DNA from: Burkholderiales bacterium
GTDB lineage: Bacteria > Pseudomonadota > Gammaproteobacteria > Burkholderiales > Burkholderiaceae_C
Assembly: GCA_043749975.1 (NCBI GenBank)
Contig: JAYVCL010000126.1
Span: 1 to 56,946 of the forward strand
Reading direction: 5' to 3'
Length of the DNA: 56,946 nt
In this document: positions 47,953 to 56,946 of the stretch, one piece after another
Numbering within the stretch: the first letter of the stretch is position 1
Layout of the letters: the number at the start of each line of letters is the position of its first letter
Program-made: the position numbers and the translations under genes
The notes under the pieces: model-generated
The model's database searches: none
Seen by the model: only the letters and a program-made list of their open reading frames with translations
Told to the model about the DNA's origin: nothing

Positions 47953-49386
47953 CTACTGCGGGCCGGGCAACTGCCCGAGCACGCGGCGGGCAAGCAGGGG
48001 CGCCATGGCGTGCCCACCGATCCAGCGAGTGCGATCCGGCGACGGCAAGATGCCGATCACCGGCAACCCCAAGCCGCGCGAAACGTCTTCGATGCTGCGT
48101 ACCTTTCGATCCAGAAACTCCAGCAGCAGGCCCGTCGCCAGCGCCAGCATGCCACCCAGAACGGTCGCAAAAATCATGTTCTTCATGATTTTGGGTGACG
48201 AAAACTCGGTCGGCGCGACCGCCGGGTTCAACACCGATGCATAGCTGAGCGTGTTTTGACTTTCGAGGTTGCTGGCGGTGAGCCGACCCAGGACGCTGTC
48301 GTAGATGCGCTGGGCGTTTTCGACATCGCGCTGAATCGTCGTCATTTCATCGCGCACGCCCTTCAGGCGCAGCACCTTCGCACGCTGCGCTTCGAACGAT
48401 GCCGACACGTCGGCCTCTCGCTGCCGGTTGATCGAGTTGGTGACGCTGACCGAGCCCGTGGCGCGCCGCACTTCGCCGTCGAAGCGCCGGCGCAACTCAG
48501 CCAGGCTTGCCTTGGCTTCGACCACTTGCGGGTGGTTGTCACCGAGGCGTGTGCTCATCTGCTGCAGCGCCACTTCCTGGCGCGTCACGTCGGCCTTCAG
48601 GGCCGCGACGACCGGGTGCAGCATGATGTCGGAGAGTTGATCCGCCGAGCCGCTGCGGGCCTGCACCTGGCGGCTGGTCGAATCGGAGAGGATCGCCTGC
48701 ATGTTGACCATCTGGCCCGACAGGGCGTTCAGGCGCGCGGTCTCCACATCGAGTTTTTCGTCCGTCACGGTGATTCCCGTGCGGTTCTGGAAAGCCGTCA
48801 AGCGGGCTTGCGCGACCTCGAGTTGTTCGCGGTACTGCTTGACCCGGACATCGAAGAAGCCGCTGTTCTGCTTGGCCGGATCGGTCCGCAGTTCGCGGCT
48901 GGTGTCGATGTACGCCTGCACGAAGGCATTGGCGATCCGCGCCGAAAAGCTCGGCTGGACGCCCTTGTACTTGACATCGATGACGTTGGATTTTCCGGCC
49001 GGCTCGACGTTGAGGCTCTTCATCAACAGTTGTGCCGTCCAGGCTTCGATATCACCCGCACCGTCCAACCCGCCCCCAGTCGACTCGCGCCACCTTTCCC
49101 GCAGCCCCGGGTCGTCGGTCAGGCGCAGTTCGCGCACCACCCGCCTGGCCACCCGCTCGCTCGAGAAGATGGCCAGTTGGGTGTTGATGTACCCCGCGCC
49201 GTTCAGCACCGGGTTGGCACCGCCATACAACGCGTCCTTCGACTCGAGCACGAACGAGGCGTGGGCTTCGTACTGCCTGGGAGCAAAGTAGGTGACGACC
49301 GCCGTGGTTGCCACGGTCAGCAAAAAGATCAAGCCGATGGCCTTCCAACGAGCGAGGAAGATTGCAACCAGTTGGCGAAAACTCAT
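47953..49386 (-). CDS. epsF: polysaccharide chain length determinant protein (PCP/Wzz family, EpsF-like)
   Basis: N- and C-terminal TM helices flank a long coiled-coil periplasmic region. The N-terminus ..YEAHASFVLE.. is Wzz-like. Confidence 0.8.
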   Translation of the reverse strand: MSFRQLVAIFLARWKAIGLIFLLTVATTAVVTYFAPRQYEAHASFVLESKDALYGGANPVLNGAGYINTQLAIFSSERVARRVVRELRLTDDPGLRERWRESTGGGLDGAGDIEAWTAQLLMKSLNVEPAGKSNVIDVKYKGVQPSFSARIANAFVQAYIDTSRELRTDPAKQNSGFFDVRVKQYREQLEVAQARLTAFQNRTGITVTDEKLDVETARLNALSGQMVNMQAILSDSTSRQVQARSGSADQLSDIMLHPVVAALKADVTRQEVALQQMSTRLGDNHPQVVEAKASLAELRRRFDGEVRRATGSVSVTNSINRQREADVSASFEAQRAKVLRLKGVRDEMTTIQRDVENAQRIYDSVLGRLTASNLESQNTLSYASVLNPAVAPTEFSSPKIMKNMIFATVLGGMLALATGLLLEFLDRKVRSIEDVSRGLGLPVIGILPSPDRTRWIGGHAMAPLLARRVLGQLPGPQ

Positions 49387-49397
49387 GTCGACACTCC

Positions 49398-50258
49398 TCA
49401 GAACAGGCTCTCGCGCAGGTACACGACATCGCCGTCCCTGAGCAAGTCTTGCATGCCGGGCTGGAGCACCTGGACCTTGCCGTCGGATCCCTTGCGGTGC
49501 ACGCGCAAACCTCGTTCAGTGCCACGCGGAGTGACGCCGCCGGCCGCCGCAAGCGCCTGAAGCACGGTCATCCCGCGTTCAAGGCGCAGGGTTCCGGGCC
49601 GCTGCACTTCGCCGTACATGAACACTTGCGGACCACGGTCGATGTAGATCACATCGCCGTTCTGGACATAGATGTCTTCGGACTTCACGACGCCGGTGAA
49701 CACTGCCGGCAGATCGATCTGGGTGCGGTAGGGCTTGCCGTCTCGGATGCCCACCAGGGTGGCGACGTCTGCCCCGCCCTGCACCACGCCGCCGGCAATC
49801 GCAATCAGTTCGGTCAGTTTGGTGCTGGTGCTCTCCAGTGGATAGCGGCCCGGCTTGCCCACCTGGCCCAGCACCGAGGCCTGGTTGGCGCGCACCTGAA
49901 CGACCAGGATGGACACCTGAGGCTGCTTCAGGAAGTTGCCTGATTTGAGGCGGTCGGCGATGCGCTTTTCAGCCGCGCCCACCGTCAGGCCGCCGAGGGG
50001 AACGTTGCCCAACAGCGGGAAGGTCAGCACGCCCCCTTCGGAGATGCGCGACTCGACCGAAAGGTCGGGGCTTTGGTACACGGTGACGCGGATCACGTCG
50101 CCTGCACCCAGCACATAGTCGCCCTTGACATCGGCAGCCTTCGCCTGGGTCTGGGGCTGCGCCTGGGTCTGCGCTCGGGTCTGGGTTTGGCACAGGCCGG
50201 CGGCCAACAAGCACAGCAGCGGCGCCAGACCGCGGCGAATAAATGAAATATTCATCAT
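49398..50258 (-). CDS. epsE: periplasmic/outer-membrane polysaccharide export protein (Wza-like, EpsE)
   Basis: A signal peptide (MNISFIRRGLAPLLCLLAAGLC..) is followed by the Poly_export motif ..YVLGAGDVIRVTVYQSPDLS... ATG at 50258 overlaps the epsD stop. Confidence 0.8.
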   Translation of the reverse strand: MMNISFIRRGLAPLLCLLAAGLCQTQTRAQTQAQPQTQAKAADVKGDYVLGAGDVIRVTVYQSPDLSVESRISEGGVLTFPLLGNVPLGGLTVGAAEKRIADRLKSGNFLKQPQVSILVVQVRANQASVLGQVGKPGRYPLESTSTKLTELIAIAGGVVQGGADVATLVGIRDGKPYRTQIDLPAVFTGVVKSEDIYVQNGDVIYIDRGPQVFMYGEVQRPGTLRLERGMTVLQALAAAGGVTPRGTERGLRVHRKGSDGKVQVLQPGMQDLLRDGDVVYLRESLF

Positions 50259-51292
50259 TTCAACCCCGAAAGGCCCTTGCTGGTGGCGTCTGCATCGGCC
50301 CCGGCACCTGACGATGCAGGTGCCGCAGCCGCTGCCGGCGCTGAGGACGATGCCGGTGCCGCGGTTGCCGGAGCCAGCACCGGTGCGGCAACCGCGCCGT
50401 CCGGACCCGATGCTGCCGGTGCGGCCCATTTACCCAAATACTCGATCTTCGACGCGGCGCGCATGGCCTTCACGTCGGCCTCGATCAGCTTGCGCTTGGC
50501 TTCGTTGCTCAGAAACTGCTCGATGGCAGGCTTGGCCACGGCTTCGTCCACCGGTTCGGACTTCGATGCGGCCAGCACGATGACCTGCGCCCCAGTGGCC
50601 GAAGGCAGCAGCATGGCCTGGCCGTCTTTCATCTTGGAAAACCCTTCGAGCATGCTCAGCGGCAGTTGCTCGGCGGGGCGAACCGCCTGACTGCCCGCAA
50701 AACGGATGTCGTTGGCCTTCATGTAGTCGATGAAATCGGTGATCGACTTGGCGCTTTTCAACTGCGTGCGCAGCGCTTCGAGTTGCTCGGGCTTGGCCTG
50801 GATGGCCAATTCCTGGATGCTGTAGATGCGACGCTCCTTGAACAGGGCCGGCTTCTCGTCGTAATACTTCTTGACTTCCTCGGCGGTGGGCTTGGCAGCC
50901 GCCTCGCCGGCTTTTTCAACATAGGCCCGGGCAATCACATCGCGGCGGGCCGCGTCGAGTTGCTGCACCACGCGCGGATCGCGGTCGAGTTTTTGCTCGA
51001 CTGCTTTTTGCATCGCCAGTTCCTGATCGACCAGGCGTTCCAGGATTTGTTTGCTGGCGGCGTCGACCTGGTCCGGCTTGATGTTGCGCTGCTGCTGCAG
51101 TACGAAGTTGATCTGGTGAATCGAGATTTCTTCTTTGTTGACCTTGGCCGCGACCTGGGTCGGGGCCTTGTCTTTTTTTCTGTCGCCGCAGCCGACCAGC
51201 AAGATGGCCAGGCTTGCCGCGGTGACCACCAGGGCCCGGGTCGGAGCCGCCGTGCGCGACCGGGCTGCGACTGCGTTGAGCATTGAATTCAT
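50255..51292 (-). CDS. epsD: EpsD-family lipoprotein, putative peptidyl-prolyl isomerase/chaperone
   Basis: A lipobox is present (..LAILLVGC-GD..). The body is SurA-N-like and helical, the tail is Ala/Pro-rich, and it is the first gene of the epsDEFG-xrtB run. Confidence 0.6.
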   Translation of the reverse strand: MNSMLNAVAARSRTAAPTRALVVTAASLAILLVGCGDRKKDKAPTQVAAKVNKEEISIHQINFVLQQQRNIKPDQVDAASKQILERLVDQELAMQKAVEQKLDRDPRVVQQLDAARRDVIARAYVEKAGEAAAKPTAEEVKKYYDEKPALFKERRIYSIQELAIQAKPEQLEALRTQLKSAKSITDFIDYMKANDIRFAGSQAVRPAEQLPLSMLEGFSKMKDGQAMLLPSATGAQVIVLAASKSEPVDEAVAKPAIEQFLSNEAKRKLIEADVKAMRAASKIEYLGKWAAPAASGPDGAVAAPVLAPATAAPASSSAPAAAAAPASSGAGADADATSKGLSGLK

Positions 51293-51511
51293 TCGTGCGT
51301 CTTTCTAGTTCTGTTCAACCGGGCGCTTTGCGACTCAGCGGTGTGTGGGGCAAATTCGGCGCATCGTGCTGGCACCTCGAACAACCAGGCTGGAGTTTAC
51401 TTGTGAAGTATTTCGGCTTCGTAACGCCGCGATGTGGCTGAGCGGCGACGAAACCGGCTTGAGCCGAGACGCAGTCGGGGTGCAGGTCGTCCAGCAGCGC
51501 CGCGGATCAGC

Positions 51512-52243
51512 TCAGCACTTGATGCCCGCATGCAAGGCCACCACGCCGGCGCTCAGGTTGTGCACATCGACATGCCCGAAGCCGGCGCTTTTCAGCATCG
51601 TTGTCAGCTCGGCCTGGCCCGGATGCATGCGGATCGACTCGGCCAGGTAGCGGTAGCTCTCAGCGTCGCCCGTGATCAGTTTGCCGATTCTCGGCAGCAC
51701 CTTGAACGAGTACCAGTCGTAGGCCTTTTCAAGCGGCGGCGCGATCTTCGAGAACTCAAGCACCAGCAGGCGGCCGCCGGGGCGCAGCACCCGATTCATC
51801 TCGGCCAGCGCCCGGTCTTTGTGAGTCATGTTGCGCAGGCCGAAAGCCACGCTGACCAGGTCGAAGCTGCCGCTGGCAAAAGGCAGCGCCTCGGCGTCGC
51901 AGATCGCGGTGGGAAGGTTCAGGCCCGCGTCGACCAGGCGGTCGCGGCCCTGGCGCAGCATGGTCTCGTTGATGTCGGTGAGCACCACGCGGCCGCGGCT
52001 GCCCACCTTGCTTGAAAACGCCTTGGCGAGGTCACCGGTGCCGCCCGCGATGTCGAGCACCCTGTCGCCTTCGCGCAGGTTGGCCACCGCCACGGTGTAA
52101 GCCTTCCAGGCGCGGTGCAGGCCCATCGACATCAGGTCGTTCATGACATCGTATTTCGACGCCACCGAGTCGAACACGCCGCGCACCCGGCCGGCCTTTT
52201 CGCTCTCGTCGACCTGCTGAAAACCGAAGTGTGTGTCGCTCAT
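51512..52243 (-). CDS. ubiE: ubiquinone/menaquinone biosynthesis C-methyltransferase UbiE
   Basis: ATG at 52243 gives [39 protein letters not shown].. with the SAM motif ..[10 protein letters not shown]... Confidence 0.92.
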   Translation of the reverse strand: MSDTHFGFQQVDESEKAGRVRGVFDSVASKYDVMNDLMSMGLHRAWKAYTVAVANLREGDRVLDIAGGTGDLAKAFSSKVGSRGRVVLTDINETMLRQGRDRLVDAGLNLPTAICDAEALPFASGSFDLVSVAFGLRNMTHKDRALAEMNRVLRPGGRLLVLEFSKIAPPLEKAYDWYSFKVLPRIGKLITGDAESYRYLAESIRMHPGQAELTTMLKSAGFGHVDVHNLSAGVVALHAGIKC

Positions 52244-52254
52244 GCCGCTGCGCG

Positions 52255-52704
52255 TCAGTGCGAGTGGCTGCTGCACGCCGAGCCGCTGGCGGCCGCCATC
52301 GGTGCGTCGCGTTGGAGACCCGCCGCTTGCAGCCGCGTTTCGTACTGTTGCCACAGTTGCGTTTGCTGTGCGCCCAGGAAGTAAAGGTAGTCCCAGGAAA
52401 AGATGCCGGTGTTGTGACCATCTGAAAAAGTCGGTTGCACGGCGTAATTTCCGACCGGCTCCAGGCCGGCCACGCCGACCTCGCGCTTGCCCGTTTGCAG
52501 CACCTCTTGGCCTGGCCCGTGACCCTGCACTTCGGCCGACGGCGAGTAAATGCGCATCAGCTCGAACGGGATGCGGAACTGCTTGCCATCGGAGAAGCCG
52601 ATTTCGAGCACCCGCGATTGCTCGTGCACGGTGATGGCGGTGGGCTGCGGTGTGGTGGGGGTCAAGCCGGCCATGTGCGGAACCTGTAGAACTTGGTTGC
52701 GCAC
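52255..52704 (-). CDS. DUF971 domain protein (gamma-butyrobetaine hydroxylase-like N-terminal domain)
   Basis: The blocks ..[27 protein letters not shown].. and ..[21 protein letters not shown].. identify the family. The start is GTG 52704 or ATG 52674. Confidence 0.75.
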   Translation of the reverse strand: MRNQVLQVPHMAGLTPTTPQPTAITVHEQSRVLEIGFSDGKQFRIPFELMRIYSPSAEVQGHGPGQEVLQTGKREVGVAGLEPVGNYAVQPTFSDGHNTGIFSWDYLYFLGAQQTQLWQQYETRLQAAGLQRDAPMAAASGSACSSHSH

Positions 52705-52747
52705 AAGTGTAGCCAGCCAGCCGACAAGCGGCCCTGCTCGGACGCCC

Positions 52748-53806
52748 CTACTGCGCGATGGGCGCGTCGGTGATGATTTCGGCGTAGTTCAACATCGGCA
52801 GCGGCGGGGGCAGCTTCAGCCGTTCGGCCGCGCTGATGCGCACCTGGTACGAGAAGCGTTTCAGGGTTTCGATGGGGATCGTCGCGGCCGCCTGTTTGCC
52901 GACCAGAATCTGCTCGGCCTTGTGGGCGGTGAATTGGCCGACGCTGTAGTAGCGGCTGACCAGCCCGGTCAAGGCGCCCGCCTGCATCAGTTGCTCGGTC
53001 GACGCGAAGGTCGGCAGGCCCGCCTCCATGGCAGCCGGGATGATGACGTCCTGAGCCAGGGTGCCCAGGAAGCTGTCGGGTGGCAGGTACAGCCACTGCG
53101 CCTTGCCTTCTTTGAGTTCGCGCACCAGGTCGGCAGCGCCGTCGGCGATGACCTTTCGGTTCGCGTCGAGCCGGAACGTGCGCTCGACGGTGTCGAATCC
53201 GCGCTCGCGGCCGAGCTTGCGAATCTCCTCCAACACCGCGACCGAGTTCTTTTCGGTCGGCGTGTACAGCACGCCCAGGGTCTTGAACGGGCGGTAAGCC
53301 GCCATGCCCTTGAGCTGTGCCGCCACCGGTGCGACGTGGATCACACCGGTCACGTTGGGCCGGGAAACCGGTTCTTGTGCAGACACGATCTTGGCCAAGG
53401 TGGGCGACGCCACCAGCGTGAACACCACGGGAATGTCGGTGATGTGCTGTTTCGGGTTGACGCCGTCATACGGCCCCAGCACGCCCAGAGTCACCGAGGT
53501 GCCCCAGGTGTAGATGAGGTCGGGCCGCGTGGCGCGGATCTCGTCCAGAAAGCCGGGCATGCGGGTGGCATCGCGATTCAGGTCGCGGTAGGTGATCTGG
53601 ACCGGAATCTTGCGCGAGGCGAAGTATTCCTCGAAGCCTTTTTCGACTTCGGTCATGCCGCGAAAGGTGATGGCGTAGATGCGATACGGCCGCGCTGCGG
53701 TGCGTCGCGCCGATGGCTCTTGCCCGTTGGCAAGCGCGAGTGCGGACGCTGGCAGCGTGGCAGCCACCGCTGCGGTGATCCAGGCCCTTCGGGTAAGGTG
53801 ATTCAT
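52748..53806 (-). CDS. periplasmic substrate-binding protein, ABC_sub_bind / COG2984 family, with no cognate ABC permease or ATPase in the window
   Basis: ATG at 53806 has an AGGAGA Shine-Dalgarno 8 nt upstream. The signal peptide is MNHLTRRAWITAAVAATLPASALALA. The type I SBP pattern ..IYAITFRG.. and ..TNVTGV.. is present. Confidence 0.7.
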   Translation of the reverse strand: MNHLTRRAWITAAVAATLPASALALANGQEPSARRTAARPYRIYAITFRGMTEVEKGFEEYFASRKIPVQITYRDLNRDATRMPGFLDEIRATRPDLIYTWGTSVTLGVLGPYDGVNPKQHITDIPVVFTLVASPTLAKIVSAQEPVSRPNVTGVIHVAPVAAQLKGMAAYRPFKTLGVLYTPTEKNSVAVLEEIRKLGRERGFDTVERTFRLDANRKVIADGAADLVRELKEGKAQWLYLPPDSFLGTLAQDVIIPAAMEAGLPTFASTEQLMQAGALTGLVSRYYSVGQFTAHKAEQILVGKQAAATIPIETLKRFSYQVRISAAERLKLPPPLPMLNYAEIITDAPIAQ

Positions 53807-53846
53807 CTGAACGTTCTCCTTGCAATGCGATGGTTTGTGCGTTGGT

Positions 53847-55982
53847 TCATGCAACGATTTCTGCGCTGGTCTGTACGGTCGGTGCGGGTGCCGCAGCCGG
53901 GCCCTGCGAGCGGCGCGTCGCCAGCACGAAGCACATGCCGCACAGCAGCACCAGTGCACCGGTGACGACAAAGCTGGTGCGGTAGCCGAACATCAGAACC
54001 AGCACGCCGGCGAGCAGCGGGCCGAGCGCATTGCCCAGCCGTTCGAGCAGGCGGTAGACGCCGTACACCGCGGGCTCCCCCATCACCGCGACCTCGGCGT
54101 CGCAGTGCTCACGCACCAGCGCGCTTTGGGCCGCGATCGACAGCGATTGGCCGAGCCCGACCAGAAAAATCGCCGCAAACACCCAGCCCACGCTGGCACC
54201 GGCCAGCAGCAGCACGCCACCCAATCCGGAGATCACCAGGCCTGCGCCGACCAGGCCTTGCATGCGTTCGCGCGAGGTGGCGAGCGAGGCCGCGATCGGA
54301 GACAGCACCACCATCACGACGGCATAGGTCATCAGAATACGCCCGACCACCGACTGCGAACTGCCGATCGACAGGACGTACAACGGCACGAGATAGAAGC
54401 ACACACCCGTGAGCAGGATCTTTGCCGGTATCGCTGCCAGGCCCGTCACCGTCATGAACCGCTTGTTGACCAACAGCGTGCCGATCTCGCGCAGGCGCGG
54501 TGCCCTCGCGGAGGCACGTTTCGGGTCGGCCGGTGCCGGGCCCGGGAGCAGTTGGATGGCGGCGATCGAGCCCAGCGCCAGCAGCGCCGAGACACCGAAT
54601 GTGAGGCGTTCGCCGATGTTGTCGGCCAGGATGCCGCCGATCGACGGGCCGCACACCGTGGCCACCATGATCGCGCCGACGAACAACGCAAAGCTGCGCG
54701 CCCGGTTGGCCGTGGAAGCATGTTCGAGCACGTGTGCCTGTGCGGCCACGAAGACCATCGCATAGCCCAGCGCGCACAAGGAGCGCCAGACGAGCAAATC
54801 CAGCACGTTGCCGGCAAAGGCGGTGGCCGCGAAGCCGAGCGCGGCAATGCCGGCTCCGACCAGCATGGTGCGCCGGTTCCCGACACGTTCACTGTAGGCA
54901 CCGAGAAAGGGCTGCCCGATGGCCACGATCAGCATGAACAACACGATCGGCAGGCCGATGACGATCTCGGGCGAAAGCCAGGGCACCGGGATCAGCAAAC
55001 CCTTGATGTAGCCGGGCAGGAACGGCCGGGTCAGTTCCTCGGCCAGGATGAAGATGAACAGCGGCGCCCGCACCTTGGCCAGGTGGCTTTCGTCGACCCG
55101 CGTCGAAGCGTCGGCCATTCCGAAGCGGTGGTGCCGGGCGAGAGCCTGCAAGCCGTTGTGCGCGGCCAGCAGCCCGGGTGGGCGCTCGTGTGCCGGGGCT
55201 CGTCGCGCGGCCTCGATTTCGCGCGCCAGCGCCTCGTAGGCAGCATTCACCCGCGCACGCACCGCGTCGAGCAAGCCGAGCACAGCGCCGAAAGCCGAGT
55301 CGGCGTCGCGCACTTTCGTGGTGGTGAAGTCGCCGGTGGCACCGCGCTCTATCGCGTCGCCCAGCGATTTCAGCGCCGCCTCGAGCTTGGTGCCAGCCAT
55401 GAAGTTGAGCAGTTCGAGCGTGAAGAACAGCGCCACCACCAGCACCACCAGCACGTCGTACAGCATGTCCAGAATGATCTTGTCGACGAAGCCCACGCTG
55501 ACGCCGATGTGCAGCATGCCCAAGGCCTGCTGCTGGGTGGCGATCGGCATCGACACGATGTACTGCTCGCCGACCCGAATCGCGGGCGGCGACCGCTCGG
55601 TCTTCGACGCGGCGGCCAGCGCCGAGGGCGTGCGAAAGTAGTCGGCCGCGCCGTCGGGGGCTGAAAACCGCTCGTACAAGATCGAGCCCTTCGTGTCGGT
55701 GACGGCGACGTACGAAATCTCGGGGATCGCGCCCTTCAGTTCGTCGAAGGTCTGTTCGATGCCGTACAACTCGCGAAAGCCGATCTGCAACTCCATCGCC
55801 TTGAGCATCAACGAGCGGGCCGACGCACCGCCGCTGGCGACCTTCTTGGCCATCTCCGGCGCGAGCGCGCGCTCGAACGCTTGGTGCGACAGGTAGGCGC
55901 TGGCGGCCAGCGCCAGCACCACCACCAGCATCACCACGCCGGCCAGGCGCAGGTAGATGCTGCGCAAGTAAGTGCTGCTCAT
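53847..55982 (-). CDS. fusion protein: N-terminal TM-periplasmic-TM sensor-like module (about 290 aa) plus C-terminal MFS transporter domain
   Basis: The protein is 711 aa. Residues 1-220 form a TM / extracytoplasmic domain / TM arrangement, followed by a helical linker. Multiple MFS-type TM helices begin at about residue 300 (..LGYAMVFVAAQAH.., ..GGILADNIGERL..). The start overlaps the upstream stop (ATGA at 55979-55982). Confidence 0.7.
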   Translation of the reverse strand: MSSTYLRSIYLRLAGVVMLVVVLALAASAYLSHQAFERALAPEMAKKVASGGASARSLMLKAMELQIGFRELYGIEQTFDELKGAIPEISYVAVTDTKGSILYERFSAPDGAADYFRTPSALAAASKTERSPPAIRVGEQYIVSMPIATQQQALGMLHIGVSVGFVDKIILDMLYDVLVVLVVALFFTLELLNFMAGTKLEAALKSLGDAIERGATGDFTTTKVRDADSAFGAVLGLLDAVRARVNAAYEALAREIEAARRAPAHERPPGLLAAHNGLQALARHHRFGMADASTRVDESHLAKVRAPLFIFILAEELTRPFLPGYIKGLLIPVPWLSPEIVIGLPIVLFMLIVAIGQPFLGAYSERVGNRRTMLVGAGIAALGFAATAFAGNVLDLLVWRSLCALGYAMVFVAAQAHVLEHASTANRARSFALFVGAIMVATVCGPSIGGILADNIGERLTFGVSALLALGSIAAIQLLPGPAPADPKRASARAPRLREIGTLLVNKRFMTVTGLAAIPAKILLTGVCFYLVPLYVLSIGSSQSVVGRILMTYAVVMVVLSPIAASLATSRERMQGLVGAGLVISGLGGVLLLAGASVGWVFAAIFLVGLGQSLSIAAQSALVREHCDAEVAVMGEPAVYGVYRLLERLGNALGPLLAGVLVLMFGYRTSFVVTGALVLLCGMCFVLATRRSQGPAAAPAPTVQTSAEIVA

Positions 55983-56746
55983 GGCTGCGCTCCCCGCTCC
56001 AGATTGCCTCGCAGCAAAGCGATCTCAGCCTCCGCGCCGCGAACCCGCTCGAAGAAGCGCCGCAGCGCGCGTCCGAACGGGCCTTTGCGCACGGCCTCGG
56101 AGTGCCGCAGCGGGTCGGCGGTGCGAAGCTCGGCCTCGACCGCGTCGAAGTCGCGGGTCAGCCGGTGCATCACCGCCAACAAAGCCACCGAAGCCAGTGT
56201 CGCCGCGCCAACGAACACCGCAAGCGCCGAGAGGGCCAACTCGCGCGCCACCACCAGGGTGGACTCGCTGACCTGCTCCTCCGAATAGCGCAGCGCCAGG
56301 TAGCCGATCAAGAGCCCGAAGTTGTTCTCGATCGCGATGCCGGCCGCCGATTCGGTGCCGCTCTTGACGAACCAGTCGGCACCGCTGGCCCGGCGCGCGG
56401 CGGCCAGCCAGGCCGGCGGCACACTGCGCGTGGCACGCATCCGATCGGTGCTGTACAGCGGCTTGCCGTCGGTGTCGAACACGTCGATGCCGAGGATCAG
56501 GTCATCGGTCGCGCGTTCGCGTTCCATCATGCCGGGCAGCGTGCCGAGGTCGGCGAACTGCAGTCCGAGCGCCAGCGAGGACTGGATGCTGTTCTCGATC
56601 GATGAGCCGGTGACGACCAGGCGCTCTTTGATGATGCGCTCGGCATTGCTTCGGTACTTGAAGAAATTCAGGAAGCCCGCCATGCCGACCGAAAACAGGC
56701 ACACCAGCACGGCGACCAGGATCATCTGGGTTCTTGTTGTGTTCAT
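55979..56746 (-). CDS. stand-alone membrane sensor-like protein, paralogous to the N-terminal module of the MFS fusion
   Basis: ATG at 56746 has a GGAG 9 nt upstream. The layout is TM, an extracytoplasmic domain of about 150 aa, TM, then a coiled-coil tail. ..ILGIDVFDTDGKPLYS.. aligns with ..ISYVAVTDTKGSILYE.. of the downstream gene. Confidence 0.65.
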   Translation of the reverse strand: MNTTRTQMILVAVLVCLFSVGMAGFLNFFKYRSNAERIIKERLVVTGSSIENSIQSSLALGLQFADLGTLPGMMERERATDDLILGIDVFDTDGKPLYSTDRMRATRSVPPAWLAAARRASGADWFVKSGTESAAGIAIENNFGLLIGYLALRYSEEQVSESTLVVARELALSALAVFVGAATLASVALLAVMHRLTRDFDAVEAELRTADPLRHSEAVRKGPFGRALRRFFERVRGAEAEIALLRGNLERGAQP

Positions 56747-56946
56747 TGCTGTCACTCCAGGGCAGCACCGAGGTCTCGGCGCCCGACTCAGGTGTTTTCG
56801 GCGCACGCCACTGCGACTTGAACCTGCCATCGACACCGCCTTGCCGAAGCCGGCCAAGGCACGTCCACAAGCGCACACAAACCCCTTCAAGCGGCCTCAA
56901 GCGGCAGAACTCCTGACCGATATGTAACCAGTCGAGCGCCTGCCGC

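Noticed and set aside
51370-51375. A TGGCAC hexamer upstream of the epsD operon region.
   Set aside because: It is on the plus strand, pointing towards the 3' end of the oppositely oriented ubiE and away from epsD. It also has ACAA rather than TTGC at the -12 position.
19456-51511. The EPS locus as a recently acquired mobile genomic island.
   Set aside because: No integrase, transposase, tRNA target, flanking direct repeats or evident GC discontinuity is visible. Only the older-insertion or rearrangement interpretation is retained as a finding.

Overview
High-GC (about 65-70%) chromosomal segment with Burkholderiales/Comamonadaceae-like gene order; the taxon is an inference. There are no rRNA, tRNA or CRISPR features. 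Left to right, the window holds: (1) the 3' part of a RAYT-like (REP-associated Y1 transposase) gene. (2) A complete five-step histidine-utilisation locus: hutH and hutU on the minus strand, hutC-hutI-hutG-hutF on the plus strand. GC-rich REP-like repeats have invaded it, including in-frame insertions inside hutH and probably hutU. (3) A minus-strand housekeeping run: ATP-dependent DNA ligase plus ligase-associated MBL exonuclease, ClsB-like PLD enzyme, YbhP-like EEP protein, nudB, a 54-aa Phd/YefM-like ORF missing from the ORF track, aspS, DUF502, FmdB zinc ribbon, ubiB, ubiJ. (4) An exopolysaccharide locus of about 32 kb (19.5-51.3 kb) of the Methylobacillus eps / exosortase B type (epsD-E-F-G, xrtB, epsI, a Wzy-like polymerase, Wzx). 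It also carries GT4 and GT26 glycosyltransferases, a priming phosphotransferase, nucleotide-sugar enzymes, two acetyltransferases, a CE4 deacetylase, a CapK-like adenylating enzyme and two heparinase II/III-like proteins. (5) ubiE and a DUF971 gene, so the EPS locus sits between ubiE and ubiJ-ubiB, which are normally linked. (6) A tightly coupled three-gene module: an orphan COG2984 periplasmic binding protein, an MFS transporter with a sensor-like N-terminal extension of about 290 aa, and a stand-alone paralog of that sensor module. I consider this module the best candidate for an undescribed system. All family calls rest on motifs read by eye from the translations; no database search was possible.
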